From contig JAJKJM010000047.1 in assembly GCA_021153985.1 (NCBI GenBank), forward strand, positions 52,403 to 116,402: DNA of 64,000 bases, in the 5' to 3' direction. The notes beneath the pieces are model-generated. The model had not been told where the DNA came from, searched no databases, and saw only the letters and a program-made list of their open reading frames with translations. A program made the position numbers and the translations under genes. Source of the DNA: Polaromonas sp. (GTDB taxonomy: Bacteria; Pseudomonadota; Gammaproteobacteria; Burkholderiales; Burkholderiaceae_C). Positions 18,450 through 27,884 of this stretch are shown piece after piece (position 1 is the stretch's first letter; the number at the start of each line of letters is the position of its first letter).

Positions 18450-19274
18450 GTGGTGACTAAACCGCACGCCGCCAAGCCGCCTTCATCACAGGTCGCCGGC
18501 ACGGCCGCCTTCTCCAAATTCATGCACGTGCTGCAACTGGTGGCTGATGCGACTGAGCCGCTCAACATCGGCGCGCTCGTCAAAGCCAGCGGCTACCCCC
18601 GGCCCACCGTGCACCGCATCGTCGCCGCGCTGGTGGCCGAACGCCTGCTGGCCGAAGGCGAGCGCGGTGCGTTGCTCGCTCTGGGCCCGCGCCTCATCCA
18701 GCTTGCCAGCCGCAGCTGGGGCCGCTCGGACCTGCGCCTGGCGGCTGTCGACGAACTCAAACGCCTGCGCGACCTCACCGGCGAGACCGTGCATCTGGCG
18801 GTGCCGAATGGCAAGGCCATGGTTTACATCGAAAAGCTCGAAAGCCCGAGTGCGGTGCGCATGGCATCGCGCATAGGCACCAGCGTGGCGCTGCATGCCA
18901 CCGCGGTTGGCAAGGCTTATATGGCGGCGCTGGAGCCGGCCGTGCTCGGGCCGCTGCTGCAGGGCTTGCCTTTGCCGCGCTACACCGGCAACACCCTGGT
19001 GAAGTTGCCTGAGTTGCGCAAGCAACTGCAGGTGACGCGGGACAGGGGTTGGTCTGTGGACGCCGAAGAGCATGAGGCCGGCATCTTTTGTTATGGCGCC
19101 GTCATACGCGGCAGCCGCGGCCTGCCTGTGGCGGCGATCAGTGTGAGTACCTTGATGTTCCGGCAGAAGGCTGATCCTGAAGGGGCTTATGTTGCGCCCT
19201 TGCTGCAGGCTTGCCGGGTGATTTCCGGGCGGATTGCCGAGACGCCTTCTTTGTCTGCTGCGGATATCTTGTAG
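18450..19274 (+). CDS. IclR family transcriptional regulator
   Basis: N-terminal HTH (RPTVHRI), GETVHL, ATAVGKA. Confidence 0.9.
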   Translation: MVTKPHAAKPPSSQVAGTAAFSKFMHVLQLVADATEPLNIGALVKASGYPRPTVHRIVAALVAERLLAEGERGALLALGPRLIQLASRSWGRSDLRLAAVDELKRLRDLTGETVHLAVPNGKAMVYIEKLESPSAVRMASRIGTSVALHATAVGKAYMAALEPAVLGPLLQGLPLPRYTGNTLVKLPELRKQLQVTRDRGWSVDAEEHEAGIFCYGAVIRGSRGLPVAAISVSTLMFRQKADPEGAYVAPLLQACRVISGRIAETPSLSAADIL

Positions 19275-19286
19275 GCCGGGGCAAGC

Positions 19287-20099
19287 TCAGATCAGGTTCC
19301 GCATCGCCTGCGCCGTCTCCCGAAGCACCGACAAAACCCTGGCCACCGCGTCTTCACTCGACTCGTGCCCCATCGGCATGGTCACACTCAGCGCCCCCAC
19401 CACATCCCCATGCCGGTCCCGCAGCGGCACGGCAATCCCGCGGTAGTTCAGCTCGAGTTGCTGCTCGGAAATCGCCCAGCCTTGCGCGCGCACGCGGGCC
19501 AGTTCGATGCGCAGGCGCTCTTTGCTGGCGATGGTGAAAGAGGTATACGCCTTGAGCTCGTGGTGAGACAGCCAGTTTTCCAGCCAGGGGGTTTCGCGCA
19601 TCGACAGCATCAGCATGCCGGCGGCGGTGACTTGCGCCTGCACGCGCGAGCCGAGCACATAGCCGGTGTTCATGGCGCGGCTCGAACCATTGCGGGCGAT
19701 GTAGACGATGTCGTCGCCGTCCATCACGCTGACATACGCGCTTTCTTGTGTGCCGGCGGTCACCCGCTGCAAAAAGGGTTGCACGATGCGGGGCAGGCGG
19801 GCGGACTCTAAATACGACTGGCCCAGGCGCAGCACGCGCGGCGTCAGCCAGAAGAGCTTGCCGTCGCTGGACACGTAACCCAGATGCTCCAGTGTCAGCA
19901 GATAGCGGCGCGCGGCGGTGCGTGTCATGCCGCAGCGCACGCCGGCCTGGCTGGCAGTCAGGCGCGGGTTGGCGTCATCAAAGCATTCAATGATGGACAG
20001 CCCTTTTTCCAGCCCGGCGATCCAGTCGCGTTTGTCCAGCTCTGGCGCGCGCGGGGCCTGCAGGGCGTCGGAGGGCGGCGTTGGGGCGGGCGTGGTCAT
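19287..20099 (-). CDS. IclR family regulator, PcaR/PobR-like
   Basis: LEKGLSII, RTAARRYLLTL, LTPRVLRLGQSYL; divergent from the hydroaromatic operon. Confidence 0.9.
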   Translation of the reverse strand: MTTPAPTPPSDALQAPRAPELDKRDWIAGLEKGLSIIECFDDANPRLTASQAGVRCGMTRTAARRYLLTLEHLGYVSSDGKLFWLTPRVLRLGQSYLESARLPRIVQPFLQRVTAGTQESAYVSVMDGDDIVYIARNGSSRAMNTGYVLGSRVQAQVTAAGMLMLSMRETPWLENWLSHHELKAYTSFTIASKERLRIELARVRAQGWAISEQQLELNYRGIAVPLRDRHGDVVGALSVTMPMGHESSEDAVARVLSVLRETAQAMRNLI

Positions 20100-20162
20100 G
20101 GCTGGAGTATTGAAGAAACGGTGAAGCGGGGATAGGGCGGAATCATAGGTCTAACCCTTGTT

Positions 20163-20283
20163 CCGTTCGATTATCGAACGGTAATGAGCGATTGTCGATC
20201 AATTTACCAAGATTGTGCTTTGTGAATGCCTGTCCGGCTTCTAAAGTCCAGCTCGATCTCCGCGAAATAGTCGATCATCGAAC
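20163..20283. promoter_or_regulatory. PcaR/PcaU-type operator boxes
   Basis: Perfect palindrome CCGTTCGAT-T-ATCGAACGG at 20163-20181, plus weaker copies at 20186-20200 and 20270-20283. Confidence 0.75.
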
Positions 20284-20384
20284 ATTCAGGGCGAAACCAG
20301 GCAAAACGAGGCAGACACCAAGCACAAGCCAGGCAAAGCGCCACAAGCCAGCCTCCCAGATAAACCGAGACTTTTTACATACTT

Positions 20385-21308
20385 ATGCTTCCCACCATTC
20401 AGGGCAACACCGACGTGTATCTGATCCCCGGCGATCCGGTGGAGCAGGTGCGCGCGCCGGACGTCTTTAACCTGATTTTCAGAACCATGGGCATCAATGC
20501 CGTGCTGGTGCCAGTGCACGTGGCGGCGGCCGACATTGAGACCTTTGTGCGCTCGGCATTCCTGGCCAAAAACATCAAGGGCATGTTTCTGGCTATCCCT
20601 CACAAATCGCTGGTCATGGGTTTGCTGTCGCATTGCAATGACTACGGCCGTGTGGCCGGCGCCGTCAACGGCATCCGCCGCAACGCGGACGGCACGCTGG
20701 AAGGCGGCTTGTTCGACGGCAAGGGCCTGGTTTCGGCGCTTGATTACTTCTCTATCCGCTACACCGGCAAGCGCGTGCTGATCCTGGGTGCGGGCGGTGG
20801 CGCTTCAGCCATTGCCGCTTCGCTGGCGATTGCCGGCAGCAGCGCCCCCGCCGAAATTGCGCTCTTTGACCCCGTGCCGGGCAAGGCCGAAGCGGTGGCG
20901 GCCCATATCGCTTCAGCCGCGCAAGCCGCCGGCACGCGCGTGGTGCAGGCCGCCAGCAGCGATCCTTCCGGTTACGACCTCGTCGTCAATGCTTCGCCGC
21001 TGGGCCTGCAGGCCAGCGACCCCTTGCCCTGTGACGTGCAGCGCCTGGCGCCACATGCGGCCGTGGTCGACATCCTCATGAAGAACCAGCCGACCCCCTT
21101 GGTACGTGCTGTGCGGGCGCGCGGCCTGGTGGCCCAGCCCGGTTTTGAAATGCTGATCCAGCAGGCGCCGGACTACCTGGCGTTCTTTGGTTACACCGAA
21201 GCCGCCGAGGCGGTTCGCCGCGATGCGACTTTCATCCGTGAGCACCTGTACCCGGCCGCGCTGGCGGGTGAGATCCGGCGCGCCGCAGCGGGCGCCGCCG
21301 TTTTTTGA
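20385..21308 (+). CDS. Shikimate/quinate dehydrogenase family protein
   Basis: IPHK, GAVN, FDG, GAGGGA, NASPLG. Confidence 0.88.
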   Translation: MLPTIQGNTDVYLIPGDPVEQVRAPDVFNLIFRTMGINAVLVPVHVAAADIETFVRSAFLAKNIKGMFLAIPHKSLVMGLLSHCNDYGRVAGAVNGIRRNADGTLEGGLFDGKGLVSALDYFSIRYTGKRVLILGAGGGASAIAASLAIAGSSAPAEIALFDPVPGKAEAVAAHIASAAQAAGTRVVQAASSDPSGYDLVVNASPLGLQASDPLPCDVQRLAPHAAVVDILMKNQPTPLVRAVRARGLVAQPGFEMLIQQAPDYLAFFGYTEAAEAVRRDATFIREHLYPAALAGEIRRAAAGAAVF

Positions 21309-21356
21309 CATCCGCTGAAGATTTTTGCCTTGTTTTTTAACCCCGAGGAGACAACC

Positions 21357-22529
21357 ATGAAAAAACGATTCGCTCTTAAATTGATAGCTGCTTGTGCAAT
21401 GGCCATAACGGCTACAGCCGGTTTTGCACAAGATGTCATCAAGATCGCCAACATTGTCGAGCTCTCCGGCGGCGGCGCCACGGCGGGCACCAACTTCAAG
21501 AACGGCGTGGAGCTGGCCGTCAAGGAAATCAACGCCAGCGGCGGCATTCTGGGCAAAAAGATCCAGACCAATACGGCCGACACACAAAGCAACCCCGGCA
21601 TCGCCAAGGGCCTGACGCAAAAAGCCATCGACGACAACGTATTCGCGATTTTTGGCCCGGTGTTCTCCGGCTCCATCATGGTCAGCATGGCCGAGTCGCG
21701 CCGTGCCGAAGTGCCCAACTTCACCGGCGGTGAAGCCTCCAGCATCACTGAACAAGGCAACCCCTATGTGTTCCGCACCAGCTTCACGCAGGCCGACGCC
21801 ATGCCCAAGGTGGCGCGCTACATCAACCAGCAGGCCAAGCTGAAGAACATCGCCATCATTTATGTGAACAACGACTTCGGCAAGGGCGGCAACGACGCCA
21901 TCAAGAAGGCGCTGGCCAAAACCGATACCAAAGTGGCGGCGGAAATCTCCACCGAACCCGGCCAGGTCGACTTCTCGGCCGCCGTGTTGCGCGCCAAGCA
22001 AAGCAATGCCGACGGCCTGTTTGCCTATTCCAACGAAGAAGAATCCGCACGCCTCTTGCGTGAGCTGAAGAAGCAGGGCTGGAACAAACCCGTCATCGGC
22101 GAAACCACACTGACCGGCCAGAAGGTGATCGAGCTCGCCGGCGAAGCCGCCAACGGCGCCATCGCGCACGTGGGCCTTACCGTCGATGCGCCGCAGCCGG
22201 CCATCCGCGCCTTCCGTGCCAAATTCGAGAAGGAATACAAATACGTATCCGACCACAACGGCATGAAAGGCTATTCGGGCATCTACGTGCTGAAGGCTGC
22301 GATTGAAAAAGTCGGCAAGCTGGACCGCAAGGCCGTGGCCGCCGCGCTGCACACGCTGAAGGTCAAGGCGGTTGATCAGCCCGGCGTGCTGATGGATGTG
22401 TCGTTTGACAGCAAGGGCGACCTGGACCGCGAGAGTTTCATGATTGAAGTGAAAAACGGCAAACAGGAAGTGGTGGCGATTCTGCCGGCGCTCGGTACGG
22501 CCGCTGCAGCGCCTGCTGCGAAGAAGTAA
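21357..22529 (+). CDS. HAAT-family ABC substrate-binding protein
   Basis: Signal peptide; EINASGGILG, NNDFGKGG; GAGGAG RBS. Confidence 0.9.
   Translation: MKKRFALKLIAACAMAITATAGFAQDVIKIANIVELSGGGATAGTNFKNGVELAVKEINASGGILGKKIQTNTADTQSNPGIAKGLTQKAIDDNVFAIFGPVFSGSIMVSMAESRRAEVPNFTGGEASSITEQGNPYVFRTSFTQADAMPKVARYINQQAKLKNIAIIYVNNDFGKGGNDAIKKALAKTDTKVAAEISTEPGQVDFSAAVLRAKQSNADGLFAYSNEEESARLLRELKKQGWNKPVIGETTLTGQKVIELAGEAANGAIAHVGLTVDAPQPAIRAFRAKFEKEYKYVSDHNGMKGYSGIYVLKAAIEKVGKLDRKAVAAALHTLKVKAVDQPGVLMDVSFDSKGDLDRESFMIEVKNGKQEVVAILPALGTAAAAPAAKK
21372..21430 (+). repeat. ~60-bp fixed-spacing motif, copy E, inside the signal-peptide coding region
   Basis: gctcttaaattgatagc-N22-gcta..tttt encodes ALKLIAACAMAITATAGF. 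Confidence 0.6.
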
Positions 22530-22597
22530 GCACACAGGCTGGTGCCATGCTGCTGTAGCGGCGTGGCACCTCTTCATCTTTCCAGGTACGCACTGCC

Positions 22598-23473
22598 ATG
22601 ACAGACTTCCTCCAACTCTTTTTCTCGGGCCTGGCCACCGGCAGCATTTATGCGCTGGCGGCCCTGGGCTTTACCTTGCTGTGGCAGGCCTCGGGCACCA
22701 TCAACTTCGCCCAGGGCGAATTTGTGATGCTGCCAGCCTTCATGATGCTGGGCTTTATTTCGCTGGGCGCACCCATGCTGGTGAGCTTTGTCTGCACCGC
22801 GCTGCTGGCTGTTCTGGTGCTGGGCTGGCTGTTCAAGCGCGGCGTGGTGGACCCTCTTTTCAAGTACGGCATGATGCCCATCGTCGTGGCCACCATCGGC
22901 CTGTCGATCGCCATGCGCAACGGTGTGCGCGCCGGCTACAGCGCCGAGGCCCATCCGTTTGCCAGCCTGTTTCCTGACAAGCTCTTCAACATCGCCGGCG
23001 TCACCGTGACCCTGCAAGACGTCGGAACTTTCACGCTGGCGCTGGTGGTGGTCATGGCCACGCAGGCCTTCCTTGCCAAAACCGTGACGGGCCGCGCCAT
23101 GCAAGCCGTGGCGCAAAACACCGAAAGCGCTTCCGTGCTCGGCATCAATGTGCCGCGCATGATTTTTTATACCTTCGCCATCAACGCCGTGCTGGCGGTG
23201 GTGGCCGCCATGCTGGTCACGCCCACTTACCTCGCCAAGTTCGACATGGGCGAAGGCCTGGGCACCAAAGCATTTTTTGCCGCCATCATCGGCGGCTTCA
23301 ACAACTCGCGCGGCGCCTTGCTGGGCGGGCTCATCGTGGGTGTGTGTGAAAACCTGGCTGCGGCCTATATCTCGCCGGCCTACAAGGATGCGGTGGCGCT
23401 CGTGATTTTCATGGTGGTGATCCTGTTCAAGCCGCAAGGCCTGCTGGGCAAGAAAGAGGAGCGCAAGGTATGA
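22598..23473 (+). CDS. HAAT ABC permease (LivH-like)
   Basis: GSIYALAALGFTL, INFAQGE, KPQGLLG. Confidence 0.9.
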   Translation: MTDFLQLFFSGLATGSIYALAALGFTLLWQASGTINFAQGEFVMLPAFMMLGFISLGAPMLVSFVCTALLAVLVLGWLFKRGVVDPLFKYGMMPIVVATIGLSIAMRNGVRAGYSAEAHPFASLFPDKLFNIAGVTVTLQDVGTFTLALVVVMATQAFLAKTVTGRAMQAVAQNTESASVLGINVPRMIFYTFAINAVLAVVAAMLVTPTYLAKFDMGEGLGTKAFFAAIIGGFNNSRGALLGGLIVGVCENLAAAYISPAYKDAVALVIFMVVILFKPQGLLGKKEERKV

Positions 23474-24474
23474 AACTCTCCGGCAAAGTTTCCCTGGCGC
23501 TGGCAGCCCTCTCGGCCGTATTCGTGCTGGCGGCACCGCAGTTCCTCAAGAACTATGGCATTTACCTGCTGACCTACTGGCTGGTGTTCATCATCGCCAC
23601 CATGGGCCTGAACCTCACCATCGGCTATGCGGGCCAGAAGTCGCTGGGCCATGCGGCCTTCTTCGGCATAGGCGCCTACACCGTGGCCATCCTGATGAAG
23701 GCCGGCTTCAGCTTCTGGCTGGGCCTGCCGGCTGCCGCGCTGATCTGCTTTATCACCGGTTTGATCCTGGGTTTTCCGGCGCTGCGGGTGCAGGCGATTT
23801 ACCTGGCCTTTGCCACGCTGGGCTTTAACACGGCCATCTGGCTGGTGATGCGCAATGAAGAGTGGCTCACAGGCGGCACCTTCGGTATCAACAACATCGC
23901 GCGGCCTTCGCTGCTGGGTTATTCGCTCGAAGGCAACCTGGCGTACTACTACTTTGTGCTGGCGGTGACCCTGGTGCTGGCCGGGCTGCTGTGGGGCCTG
24001 CTGCGCTCGCCCTGGGGCAAAGCCTTCACGGCGCTGCGTGACAACCCGATACGCGCCGAAAGCCTGGGCGTGAACATCCGCAACTACACGCTGCTGAGCT
24101 TTGCCATCGGTGCGGTGTATGCGGGTATCGCGGGCGCATTGTTCGCCTCGCTGGTGCAGTTCATCGAGCCGGGGTCCTTCAATGTGGCGGCATCCATCAT
24201 GCTGTACCTGATGGTGGTGGTCGGCGGGGCCGGCTACTTCTTCGGGCCTGTTATCGGCGCCGCGGTGGGCGTGGTGTTGCCTGAATGGCTGCGCGACGTG
24301 CCCGGCGTGTCCAACTGGTACTTGCCGATGTTCGGCGCCGCGGTGGTCTTCCTGATGGTGTGGCTGCCGGATGGGCTGCTCAGCATTCCTGACCGCATAC
24401 GCGACCGCCGTGCGGCACGGGCCGCGTCGGCCGCCCGCGCGGCGGCGGCCAGCAAAGTAGGGGCATCATCATGA
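23470..24474 (+). CDS. HAAT ABC permease (LivM-like)
   Basis: GYAGQKSLGHAAFFGIGAY, TLGF, PDGL. Confidence 0.9.
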   Translation: MKLSGKVSLALAALSAVFVLAAPQFLKNYGIYLLTYWLVFIIATMGLNLTIGYAGQKSLGHAAFFGIGAYTVAILMKAGFSFWLGLPAAALICFITGLILGFPALRVQAIYLAFATLGFNTAIWLVMRNEEWLTGGTFGINNIARPSLLGYSLEGNLAYYYFVLAVTLVLAGLLWGLLRSPWGKAFTALRDNPIRAESLGVNIRNYTLLSFAIGAVYAGIAGALFASLVQFIEPGSFNVAASIMLYLMVVVGGAGYFFGPVIGAAVGVVLPEWLRDVPGVSNWYLPMFGAAVVFLMVWLPDGLLSIPDRIRDRRAARAASAARAAAASKVGASS

Positions 24475-25229
24475 GCGGCGCACTGCTGAAAGTGGCGGGC
24501 CTGAAGAAAGCCTACGGCGCCATCCAGGCGGTGGCGGGTGTGTCGTTTGAAGTGATGCCGGGCGAGATTTTCGGCGTCATCGGCCCCAACGGCTCGGGCA
24601 AGACCACCATGTTCAACAGCGTGCTGGGGCAGATCACACCCAACGAAGGCACGATTGAACTCAACGGCAAAAACATCACCGGCCTTTCCCCGCTGGAGTT
24701 GAGCAGGCGCGGCGTGGGCCGTACCTTCCAGACGCTGCAGGTGTTCGGCAAGATGACGGTGCGCGACAACCTGATCGTCGCCGCGCAGGAACACAAGGGC
24801 AGCATGTTCAGCCGCATGTTCGAGCCGGGCGATTCAGGCCTGGGCGGCAAGGCCGACGCGTTGATCGACCAGTTCCGCATACGCCATGTGGCCGACAAGC
24901 CCGCCGGCACGCTGAGCTACGGCCAGCAAAAGCTGGTGGACATCGCCATGGCCTTTATGGCCGAGCCCGACCTGGTGCTGCTCGACGAGCCCTGCGCCGG
25001 TGTGAACCCCAGCCTGGTAGGCGGTATCTCATCGCTGCTCAAGGAACTCAACCAGAACCCCAAGTTCGGCCGCAAGAGCTCCTTCGTGGTGATCGAACAC
25101 AACATGGATTTTGTGATGGACCTGTGCCACCGCATCATGGTGATGGTGGAAGGGCGGGTGATGGCGATTGGCACACCGGCGGAAATTCGTGCCAACAAAG
25201 AAGTCCTTGACGCCTATCTGGGGAATTGA
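24471..25229 (+). CDS. HAAT ABC ATP-binding protein (LivG-like)
   Basis: GPNGSGKTT, LSYGQQK, LLDEP, YLG. Confidence 0.92.
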   Translation: MSGALLKVAGLKKAYGAIQAVAGVSFEVMPGEIFGVIGPNGSGKTTMFNSVLGQITPNEGTIELNGKNITGLSPLELSRRGVGRTFQTLQVFGKMTVRDNLIVAAQEHKGSMFSRMFEPGDSGLGGKADALIDQFRIRHVADKPAGTLSYGQQKLVDIAMAFMAEPDLVLLDEPCAGVNPSLVGGISSLLKELNQNPKFGRKSSFVVIEHNMDFVMDLCHRIMVMVEGRVMAIGTPAEIRANKEVLDAYLGN

Positions 25230-25231
25230 AG

Positions 25232-25996
25232 ATGAGCAACGATATCTGCATCGAATTCGACGACGTGGTGGCGGGCTACAAGGATTTCATGATCCTGAAC
25301 AACCTGTCTTTCAAGGTCAGGCGCGGCTCCATCACCTTGCTGCTGGGCCCCAATGGCGCGGGCAAATCAACAGTGCTTAAAACGCTGTTTGGCCTGCTCA
25401 AGCCGCGCCAGGGCCGCATCCTGCTGGATGGCATGGACATCTCCGGCGCCAGCCAGAAGGAGTTGCTGGCCAAGGGCATCGCCTTTGTGCCCCAGGGCCG
25501 CAACCTGTTCGGGCAACTCACCGTGTTCCAGAACCTGGAGCTGGGCGGCATCACGCTGGGTACCAAGACCACGCATGAGCGCATTCCCGAGGTGCTGGAG
25601 TTTTTCCCGCGCGTGAAGGAGCGCCTGCACTCGCAGGCCTCGGCGCTGTCGGGCGGCGAACAAAAGCAGCTGGAGATCGGCCGCGCGCTGCTGCTGCGGC
25701 CCAAGGTGCTGCTGATCGACGAGCCTTCCATTGGCCTCTCACCCATGGTGGTGCAGGACGTGTTCAAGCTGCTGCAAAGGCTGGCGGCCCAGGGCACGAC
25801 CGTGCTGATGGTGGAACAAAACGTCAAGAGCGCGCTCAAAATTTCAGACGACGCCATCGCACTCGAATCCGGCCAGCTGGTGTTGCACAAGCCGGCCGCG
25901 CAGCTGCTGGCCGACCCGAACATCGAGCGCCTCTTCCTGGGCGGTGGCCATGTGCCGGGTGCGGCCGTGCCGGAGCCCGCAGCGCAGACGCCCTGA
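25232..25996 (+). CDS. HAAT ABC ATP-binding protein (LivF-like)
   Basis: GPNGAGKST, LSGGEQ, IDEPS, VEQN. Confidence 0.92.
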   Translation: MSNDICIEFDDVVAGYKDFMILNNLSFKVRRGSITLLLGPNGAGKSTVLKTLFGLLKPRQGRILLDGMDISGASQKELLAKGIAFVPQGRNLFGQLTVFQNLELGGITLGTKTTHERIPEVLEFFPRVKERLHSQASALSGGEQKQLEIGRALLLRPKVLLIDEPSIGLSPMVVQDVFKLLQRLAAQGTTVLMVEQNVKSALKISDDAIALESGQLVLHKPAAQLLADPNIERLFLGGGHVPGAAVPEPAAQTP

Positions 25997-26026
25997 CCCT
26001 GCTGGAAACCTGAACCGGAGAACACC

Positions 26027-26929
26027 ATGAGCACTGCTACACAGGCCCCCACCGTTGACCGCGAAGCCATCCCGGAAGTCGCCAACCCGTTGGGGCTGGA
26101 CGGCATTGAGTTCATCGAATACACCACCGCCAAGCCGCAGGCCCTGGGCCAGGTGCTGGAGATGATGGGCTTTAGGCCGGTTGCGCGCCACCGCTCGCGC
26201 GAGGTGATGCTGTACCGCCAGGGCGGCATGAATGTCATCGTCAACGCCCACATCCCGGCCATGCCCGACGGCGCGGCGCCGACCGACAAGCCGGTGATCG
26301 CCGCCATCGCCTTGCGCGTGCGCGACGCGGCCGAGGCCTACCGCCGCGCGCTGGAGCGCGGCGCCTGGGCCGTGCCTTCCCGCGTGGAGGTGATGGAGCT
26401 CAACATTCCGGCGATTCATGGTGTCGGCAAGAGCCGCATTTATTTTGTCGACCGCTACGAGACCTTTTCGATCTACGACGTGGACTTTGTACCCATCCCG
26501 ACGGTGGAGCCGCGCCCGCCCGCGGTGGCCGGGCTGCATTTCTTTGGCGTGGTGCAGTACATCGGCAATGACCGCACCGAAGACTGGGCCGAGTTTTACC
26601 GCGAGCTGTTTGGTTTTACCGACCTGCCCGACGACCAGCGCTTCGGCATCCTGCCCAAGGGCCGCATTTTGCGCAGCCCGTGCCCGGCGTCGTCGCGCTT
26701 TTACCTGCAACTGATCGAGCCTGAGGCCAGTGTGCTGGATGTTGAAGGCGACGAGGCCTTGCAACGCGTCGGCCTGGGCAGTCCCGACGTGTTGGCCTCG
26801 GTGGCCGAGCTCACCAGGCGCGGCGTCGAATTTGTCGAGTCACGCGGCGTGCACACTGAAGACCGCGGAGCGCTGACGCGGACCTGGATGGGCAGCGTGA
26901 GTTTTGAGCTGGTCCATAACGAACGCTGA
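26027..26929 (+). CDS. HPPD-like (VOC) protein, probably non-catalytic
   Basis: NPLGLDGIEFIEY, ELNIPAIHGVG; the two Fe-ligand His positions appear substituted. Confidence 0.75.
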   Translation: MSTATQAPTVDREAIPEVANPLGLDGIEFIEYTTAKPQALGQVLEMMGFRPVARHRSREVMLYRQGGMNVIVNAHIPAMPDGAAPTDKPVIAAIALRVRDAAEAYRRALERGAWAVPSRVEVMELNIPAIHGVGKSRIYFVDRYETFSIYDVDFVPIPTVEPRPPAVAGLHFFGVVQYIGNDRTEDWAEFYRELFGFTDLPDDQRFGILPKGRILRSPCPASSRFYLQLIEPEASVLDVEGDEALQRVGLGSPDVLASVAELTRRGVEFVESRGVHTEDRGALTRTWMGSVSFELVHNER

Positions 26930-26945
26930 AGCAGGCGGCAACATC

Positions 26946-27839
26946 ATGAGCCACTACAGCGGAAACATTGACGATTTCGGGATGGACACCATCTCGCTGG
27001 CGGGGCCGCTTGAGGCCAAGCTCAAGGCCGTACGCAGTGCCGGCTTCTCGCAGATCATGCTGGCGGCCAAAGACATCGTGGGCCACCCTGACGGCATGGA
27101 GGCAGCAGTCGCTGCTGTGCGCGCCAGCGGCTTGCGCGTCACCGGTTTTCAAGTGCTGCGAGACTTTGAAGGCCTCTCAGGCCACCTGCACGACTACAAG
27201 ATGGACATCGCCAAGTCCATGCTGGACATGTGCCACGCGCTGGACTGCCGTTTGCTGCTGGTGTGCTCATCCACTTCGGTGCACGCCACCGGTGAAACAG
27301 CAGCCTTGGTGAAGGACCTGCGCAAGCTGGCCATGCTGGCAATTCCGATGAACATCAAGATTGCGTATGAGGCTTTGTCGTGGGGCCGCGTCATCAATGA
27401 GTTTCCGCAGGCGTGGGATCTCATCTGCCAGGCCGACATGCCCAACCTCGGTCTGGGCTTTGACTCGTACCACATGTTCGCTACCAACACCTCGCTGGAT
27501 GAGCTGGACATTCTCGATCCGGACAAGATTTTCCTGGTGCAGCTCGCCGACTTCATGTGGACCGAGATCAAGTCGGTGGAAGAGCGCATCGCGACCGCCC
27601 GGCATTTCCGTGTCTTCCCCGGCGAAGGGGTGCACAGCGAGGCACTGGCCACGCTGGTGACCCGGCTGCACGGCCTGGGCTACCGGGGCGACTACAGCTT
27701 TGAGGTGTTTAACGACGACTACCAGCAGATGCCACTGCCTGCGGTGGCGGAGCGGGGGTGGCGCTCGGCGCTTTGGCTGGGTGAAGACGTGTTGCGTCGC
27801 TCCGTGCCCTTACCCAATCAGATGCGGTTGAAGCGATGA
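26946..27839 (+). CDS. Sugar-phosphate isomerase-like TIM barrel, probable 3-dehydroshikimate dehydratase
   Basis: FQVLRDFEG, YEALSWG, DSYH, VQLAD, RHFRVFPGEG, SFEVFND resemble the QuiC N-terminal domain. Confidence 0.75.
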   Translation: MSHYSGNIDDFGMDTISLAGPLEAKLKAVRSAGFSQIMLAAKDIVGHPDGMEAAVAAVRASGLRVTGFQVLRDFEGLSGHLHDYKMDIAKSMLDMCHALDCRLLLVCSSTSVHATGETAALVKDLRKLAMLAIPMNIKIAYEALSWGRVINEFPQAWDLICQADMPNLGLGFDSYHMFATNTSLDELDILDPDKIFLVQLADFMWTEIKSVEERIATARHFRVFPGEGVHSEALATLVTRLHGLGYRGDYSFEVFNDDYQQMPLPAVAERGWRSALWLGEDVLRRSVPLPNQMRLKR

Positions 27840-27884
27840 GGCCTGCGGGTCACACGACCTGATTTATTTTGAGAGTTGAATCGA

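Noticed and set aside
26027-26929. Annotation as functional hppD
   Set aside because: Iron-binding His motifs appear absent and the context is quinate rather than tyrosine catabolism
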